A DNA stretch of 64,000 nucleotides from Nemertoderma westbladi (taxonomy: Eukaryota > Animalia > Xenacoelomorpha): NCBI GenBank assembly GCA_032718475.1, contig JAUCBJ010003887.1, positions 1 through 64,000 on the forward strand, in the 5' to 3' direction. Shown piece after piece: positions 57,565 to 64,000 of this stretch. The notes beneath the pieces are model-generated. The model worked only from the letters and a program-made list of their open reading frames with translations. It made no database searches and was not told the DNA's origin. How positions within the stretch are numbered: position 1 is the stretch's first letter; every line of letters begins with the position of its first letter. The position numbers and the translations under genes were made by a program.

Positions 57565-60500
57565 TGGCGGAATTGAATCCGCTTACACTCCCCCCCATGC
57601 TATCTTCCCGGTGAGAAGATAGCATCATCTACAAGTGCGCTTCAATTCCGCTGGAACTTGATCTACTATCGGGTGTGGGGTGGAGTTCTTTTTTCAAAGT
57701 CGGCTTTCCAGGCCGCTCCCTCTGGGTATGATATCACTACCCCTTCTTGGTGCAACCGCAACCTATGTTGCACCAAGACATCTAACGTCTCTGTTCGAGA
57801 CAATTGTGGACTCCTCTCACACAATTTTATATCTCCTCACTCTAAACTGACTCTAACTTCACTAGCTCCACTCTAACTCCACTCTACTCTATCTTACTCT
57901 CGGACCTCTCTGTCCCTTACTCTCCCTCTTACTGCTCACTCCCCACATTTGAATTGCACTCGTTTACTTTCCACACATGTCAACACCTCCTCTCAATATC
58001 TTCTCTGTACTCCTGTACCCAACCCTTTCTTGTACTCGTTCCTGTACTTACTTTGATTATATTGATTCTAATTATACTCTATTGATTATTACATACGTAC
58101 ATACTAATTGCACTTTTATTAAATTTGCACTTAGGAGTTCGTATTACTTGGCATGTGGTGCCTTCCAGGCATCCCCACATCTCCCCCTCCAAGTCTTAGT
58201 TCGCTCCTCCCGTCTTCGGGAACCATCTCAGTTCCTTCCCTATATCGTCATCTTGCCTCGGTCGCTTCCTTGTGGCTGTTGCTTCCTTGTTCTTATCCTC
58301 CTTAAGGCTCCCCATTCTCGCCGTTACCGCTTTACTGATCCCTGTGGTCGATTCCTTGGGCGCTGGTGTTATTAGCTCCCAGTAATGCTTTACAGGTGGC
58401 CCTTCCGAATGCCCCTCCTGCTTCCCCCTAGTAGCGTCCCATAAGATCATCTTCATGGTCCACGGCACATGGATGGTAAGCAAGCTTCAGGACGTTAACG
58501 TCTCTGTCCATGTTTACGTCCTCGTCTCGTCTCGGCATCGCCTCACCAAACACTACTCGTGGTGCCAGTCCTGGTTGCTCGCCCAACCTGATGGTGCTCC
58601 CCGCGAAATCCATCGCCGGCTCCTCATGCACCCAGGCCCGCTTGCCGGGTTTATCCCAGAAGGCCCTCGCCCCGCTGGCTGTCACCACTCTCCGTGGCCG
58701 ATTCTCTCGATGGGCGGCATCTCCCCGAACTCGTCGTCATCCTCATCCCCCGCTGGGACTGGATCCAGACCCGGTATCCCGGTAGATCCACCGTGTCCCT
58801 TCCCACCTTGGCTCTTGCCCGTAACTTTCCATCCTTCCAGTTCCCTCGGTCTCTTCCTCGCAAAATCGCCCTCAGAGCCCGCTGGCATGGGCGTCGCTTG
58901 CAGTCCCGATGTCAACTGTTTCGGCGATCCTTCCATCCATCCTAGCTCCTCCCCCAGAAACTCGCCCGAGCGCCCTGATCCCCACCGTAACTCATCCAAG
59001 TTCTGGGCCTCGAATCCGTAGTCCTCTCCTCTAGCTAGCTCCTGCCTCTCTTTCATCTGCCTCCCTCCTTTCTCGTCTGGCGATTTCTTCCAATCGCTTC
59101 TCTTCTAGTCTATCCGCCTCCAGCTTCTCCCACCTCTGATATGGTGTATCCACCTCCCTGTCTACTAGATGTCGGCAGTTGTAATATACCGACTCGCCTT
59201 TCAGCCCTGGGTGGTCTGCCAGACCCTCGAAGGCCACCTTGAAGGCTCTTCTGTAGTTTAGGGGTGATCCAGACAGTAGAAACACCGTTGGCTCTCTTCC
59301 GATAACCACGGCCATGAATAGGTTTAATAAACCTATCATTATCCAATCCTCCTTGAGGATATATCGCTTCTGATATATCTTTATCGCTCCTCTCCGGAAC
59401 TGATACACCTCCTGTTTCCCTGGCCTCGCTCCCCACTTCAGCGAGTTTGCCAGCTCCGCTCCGTACTCCTCTCTGAATTTGACCCAGTCCATCGGTTTAT
59501 GGCAGACGAGCCCCATGAGCTGACCCATCGCCACTGCTCCACAATGTCCTGTATTCTCTACCAATCCCAACCCGGCTGGCCCTGTCATGGCCATGTAGAC
59601 TGCTTGCATGTGCAGGAGGTTGGTGGTCTCCGGTCCGAAGATCCTCTCCGCATCGTCGCGGATCGCCAATCCCACCTTCATCGTCGTCTTCTCTCTTACT
59701 AGGTTCTGCACCGCCCTTGGTAACTGGTTCAACTTCGGTCCGCTCTTCTTTCCATACGTTCCCAGATTGAACAGGAATATGTCCCCATTTGGCGCAGCCA
59801 AATGCAGAAGTATGGTTCTGGCCGACCCCGCCGACCCTCTTCTCGAACCCTCGTCGTCTTCCACAGTCCCTTCGTCGTCTAGGACCATGTATCCTCCCCT
59901 GTTTACGGACTCTACGAACCTCCTCCAGTCCTTTCTTGGTGGTTCCCTAACGTAATGGAAATGTTCAAGGATCGCATTGTCTAGCGACGGTGTCCCGTAG
60001 GTCCCGACCAGTCGCCTCCCGTGCATCTCCCTGATATGGTCCTGCAGCGCTCGCGCCTTGTGACCCTTCTCTAACCGCACGTAGTATCCCCTCGTCTTCT
60101 CCTCCGGATGCCTCTGGGTGAAACCTACAAGTATCTCCTTTCCACCTCTTTCCGCCTTTCTCTTCCTGACAAGTCTCTCCGCCATTACGAACTCTTCCAA
60201 TCGCTCACCCACAAGGTGGTGCCTTACAAAGGCTCAAAATAGATGAGTGATGTAGTTAGGATGGTCTGTGTGGTCCGATAATGGCCTATCTCTCTCAGAA
60301 CACTAGGTTTTCTGTTATATTTTACCTATGTACCCCACAAAGTGCTAAATTTTCCTAAATTCCCTAAATCTGTCAGTTGCTTTTATAATGTTCTAGAATT
60401 TTTTGCCTACTGTTACCATAATTTATTGAATTTTATTTTTAATACTAAATTGTAATCCTACTACTGTGCTATTAATACTCATAATGGGTTATTTCTGCCT

Positions 60501-60700
60501 AAATGACCCCCATAGTTTGCATACAGGGTAGACTAGCTATTTCTTACTGTGCTAGTCTGCACCAGGTAACCTCCTGGCCCTGTATCAAACATTCTGAACT
60601 ACTCTACGGGCTGTGCAGTACAATAGTCTGTCTCGTGCGGCCTACACGGTCTGTCCTGCTGTGCCACCTTTCCTCTATATTACCCAAGTAGAACGGTTTC
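57565..60700 (-). mobile_element. 3' fragment of a fourth related LTR element (D): accessory gene, PPT and LTR start; boundaries approximate
   Basis: Exonuclease ORF homologous to that of B, purine-rich frameshifted tail 58196-59056, sense GGGGGGGAG|TGTAAGCGG at 57596-57587. Confidence 0.6.
59031..60212 (-). CDS. DEDDy-like 3'-5' exonuclease protein of element D
   Basis: YMVLDDEG, LLHLAAPNGDIFLF, LPRAVQNLVREKTTMKVGLAIRDD, SLKW..QKRYILKE; collinear with the B accessory ORF. Confidence 0.75.
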   Translation of the reverse strand: MGERLEEFVMAERLVRKRKAERGGKEILVGFTQRHPEEKTRGYYVRLEKGHKARALQDHIREMHGRRLVGTYGTPSLDNAILEHFHYVREPPRKDWRRFVESVNRGGYMVLDDEGTVEDDEGSRRGSAGSARTILLHLAAPNGDIFLFNLGTYGKKSGPKLNQLPRAVQNLVREKTTMKVGLAIRDDAERIFGPETTNLLHMQAVYMAMTGPAGLGLVENTGHCGAVAMGQLMGLVCHKPMDWVKFREEYGAELANSLKWGARPGKQEVYQFRRGAIKIYQKRYILKEDWIMIGLLNLFMAVVIGREPTVFLLSGSPLNYRRAFKVAFEGLADHPGLKGESVYYNCRHLVDREVDTPYQRWEKLEADRLEEKRLEEIARRERREADEREAGAS

Positions 60701-60709
60701 GTTCTAATT

Positions 60710-61529
60710 AAATGAAACAGAGTTGTAATGATTTAAAAATTGTAAAAAATGTTCAAATTTGGCCAAAAATTGGCCAAAAGTTTAATTATTAGCCGACTAC
60801 TGAATGCCTTTTAGCTGCAAGTTTCAAAGAACATGCACACAGTATAGGCGCGTTTGTGGTATAAGTTTCAACCCCATAGGCCTAAAGCTCTATGAGCTAG
60901 GGGCTGCGGAATGTCGAAAAATAGCATTTTTTGACAAATTTTCTGGGAAAAATGGATTCATTTAAAAATGGCCAATTTTTGGAATCTGAAAATTTTATAG
61001 AATGTGCATTATTTATATAGCTAGAAAAAACCCAAACGACATTGCAGAGTTTGTATTTGATTATTTCGAGATAATTGAGCGCGAATATAAAAAAAACGTG
61101 ATTTTTCCAAAATTTACAAACTTTGACCTTTGACCCTTAAAGTTCGATTTTCTAAAAAACTAAGGGTATCACTTCTAACGGGCGGGAGATCTGTCAGCAT
61201 GCAAAATTTCAGCTTCTGAGGATTATCCCTTATATGGGCTAGTACGAACTGCGCGGAATATACTATATGTAGAAACGTGTACACGGGATGGTTCGCAGCT
61301 GGACTCCAGCTGCGAACGGGTTGACTTTTTGATTTTATTTTTCGAGAGTCCGCATATCCAACTAGTAGGCACAGCGTTCTCCCTTAATGACAAGAACAAT
61401 ACCGGTACCGTTTCATTCAGTACTGCTGTACTGTACTTACTGTTTGCCTGGCGCTGACAGAAAAAATATAAGAAAGCCATTCCGTACGCGAAAAGACAAT
61501 TAAGGTGTTATTTCAGCCTTCTCATAGGG
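60710..61529. mobile_element. Non-autonomous DNA transposon fragment with piggyBac-like end
   Basis: Ends ...CTCATAGGG|TTAA; no coding sequence; left boundary not defined. Confidence 0.3.
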
Positions 61530-61939
61530 TTAATGTTAAATTAATTAAAAAAATTTAAAATTGTACTGTAAACTGTTTTCCTAAATTTAGTTTATTATTT
61601 TGTTTAAAAAAGCCTCTATTATAACCTGTTACTTTCCATTAAAATGTACCTTAAATGGTGAATATCGAAATTAAATATTCGCGAAATTAAGCTAATATGT
61701 TTAAATGGGCTGAAACGACACCCCAATTGGTAATATGCGTTCCGTACAGGAATATTGGTCCGTGAATTAACTAATCAGCTCACTCACTCAATCAGCTGTT
61801 TTCATACAGGAATGTTTGATATTTCCAAAGACCCAAGACCCAATTATAAAGACCTGCATAATATTGTAACATGTGTTAACTTTCGTTTATTGTTTTGGTT
61901 CCCTCTGTAACCTGCTACTTTACTAACCTGCTCCTTTAA

Positions 61940-62620
61940 GGGGGGGTACACCATTTTCGGGCAACTCCTCGATTTATCACTCTCAGCGTTTCAAAATTGT
62001 TTGGTTTTGGCTTACATTTGGAATATAGGTGCCTAAGATGCTATTCTACATGACAGGTCAGAAATTTTTTTTTTTCGCTAATTAATATTAGTTAATACGA
62101 GTTAACAATAAAAAAAACTTGGTTGCGCTTAAAACCCTAAGGCTTTTACAGTTTTGAATCTAATCACATGAAAGTCTTTTTATATGATAGATCTAAGATG
62201 GGGCAACATAATTATCAGGTGAAATTTTGTGAAAATAATTCTGCACCGCTAGGTGGCGCTGCAAATTTATGCTAATGTTTTAGGTTTGTTTTAAATAGTA
62301 TTAAATTTTATTAACAAAAAATTTCGAAAAGTTGTTTGATACTTTTATGAATAGTGGCTATGTAGACACCCACAGAAAGTTTCAGACTAATTACTCAAAA
62401 ATTGTAGAAGGGTTTTGAAGTTGACAATTTCATAAAATAAATATTTGGAGATAATCGACCTTTCATTATACAATATACCATAGTAATTTCAATAGGTCGC
62501 CCGAAATAGAAATTGTTTCAACTTGAAAACTAAAAGAGCTATTAAATAGCGGTTTTCAGATTTGGAAACACCATTCAATGGTGCATTATAATAGACCATA
62601 AAAAAAATTAAGGTGCCCCC
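61940..62620. mobile_element. TTAA-flanked MITE, possibly Kolobok-like
   Basis: TTAA|GGGGGGGTACACC ... GGTGCCCCC|TTAA imperfect terminal inverted repeats. Confidence 0.5.
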
Positions 62621-63341
62621 TTAAAGTGGCTTGGGGGACAACTACTCCTTCTGAATGGATCAAAGATTCCAGATTATGAAAACAGGAAATTTGATTCATG
62701 AGCTGATTGGTTATTCACGGATTAAAACGGAACGGCTTGTAAAATATCCACTTCTGCAATATTGTAACTGTAATATTATATATTCTCCAATTATTACAGA
62801 ATTAGGAACTAAAAATACCAGCCGCCGCCTAATCGTAGTGACAACGCTCGGCCACATGGATCGTTTTCACTACGATTGAAATTTATCTTTTATGTTCAAT
62901 GTTCATGGCCAAACGTTGTCACTGCGATTTAATTCGTAGTGACAATGTTCGACCATGAACATTGAACCCAAAAATAATTTTAAATAATATATCATATTAT
63001 ATATACATATAAATCAAATAATTTACGTTTACGTAGTGACGACAACGCTCGTCCACTATCTACTGTTAACTAGCTTCCATCCTCCCTGCTTCATTCAACC
63101 TTCAAGCATTATCTCTGCAGTACACAATAACGCTACGGAGCTTCAAACTCCAATATCCAATATCCAAACTCCAAAAATCGCATAAATGAAATAATAAGAG
63201 GATGTACCTACAGTATGTAGTAGCGCAAATGGGTGCTTGGATATTGAATGGATATTGGGGGATTGTCAGGAGTAACTGGATAAAGTGCGAAGTTGAAGAA
63301 AAAATATATCTTGATATGCATACTATTTCTACTTTTCTTAC

Positions 63342-64000
63342 CAAAGTTCTCCGCTTCTCGAATTTAATTTCACATCAAAACGTTGCGACATTTCCCCAGA
63401 AATCGTCACCCTTTTGATAGAATATTTTTCAGAATCCCTGTCGGTTGGTTTCGGTTTAATTTCGTAACATTTGTTCATTTCCGTACAATTTTTGATCTTT
63501 TCATCACATTCCTTAATGAACATTTCATTTAGCTTGGTATTAAATTTCGGAGAATTGTCATTAGTATCCTCGGCTTTTAAAATTATTGTGTAGCTTTGTT
63601 CTACATTAGATTCGCCAGATCCTTTGAGATCATAATCGCCTCTATAGTCATCACCTAAATTCACGATAAAATCGAATAGAAACTCGCAGGTATCTAAGCA
63701 TACACCACTAAGACTTTCATCGTCACGGTCAAATTCTTGTTTAGTGAAGATTTTGTGTTCTTGAAGTGAGAAATATTTCTTGGTATGTGTTTTCATGGTG
63801 ATACCTCGATTAAAAAATAATTCGAAATTTAGTTTTTTTGCATTATCATTAGAAATTCTCAATAACGTTACAACGTCAACTACTTCGGTTCCTTTATTAA
63901 TATTATCGTCTATGATTTTGTATTGTTTTAGTCCACTAGGAAGTTGAATATCTTCTTTCTTCGTACAAATCGTAATTGAAACAATAACTAATAAAACAGT
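63342..64000 (-). CDS. Exon of a host cadherin/protocadherin-like gene
   Basis: Frame is open from the window edge (hydrophobic TVLLVIVSITIC, signal-peptide-like); cadherin linker EDTNDNSPKF; RFDV..RSGEL; splice donor TG|GTAAG at 63342/63341. Confidence 0.7.

Noticed and set aside
55945-61533. A single piggyBac element spanning TTAACCCTA...TAGGGTTAA that captured the exonuclease gene
   Set aside because: The ends match for only 5 bp, and the exonuclease ORF is followed by an LTR-type PPT; separate fragments are more likely

Overview
Eukaryotic, probably invertebrate-animal, genomic DNA that is almost entirely a nest of transposable elements, ending in a cadherin-like host exon. The scaffold is a decayed plus-strand BEL/Pao LTR retrotransposon (A, ~3415-46840). 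Three elements have inserted into it. (i) A GalEa-type Copia element (1-3414, minus). (ii) An internally deleted BEL element C (minus; LTRs 5589-6821 and 17830-19062; TSD AAATC), with a 3.5-kb duplication. (iii) A near-intact 19.3-kb BEL element B (20998-40323, minus; 2.3-kb LTRs; TSD GTCTG). Further right lie a pogo/Tigger transposon split by a LINE, a second LINE, X-box-rich tandem repeats, a 3' fragment of a fourth related element (D) and MITEs. Three observations stand out. (1) B and C have no tRNA primer-binding site; the 11 nt next to each 5' LTR are the exact reverse complement of an 11-mer inside that element's own LTR, which suggests self-priming. (2) Instead of env, these elements carry a large accessory gene: conserved Cys/His N-terminal domain, WRN/EXD2/Mut-7-like 3'-5' exonuclease and zinc knuckles. 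(3) B contains 12 same-orientation copies of a 20-nt hairpin motif, one with a compensatory base-pair change. Together these suggest a possibly undescribed self-priming, exonuclease-encoding BEL/Pao lineage. All family assignments are by motif recognition; no searches were run.
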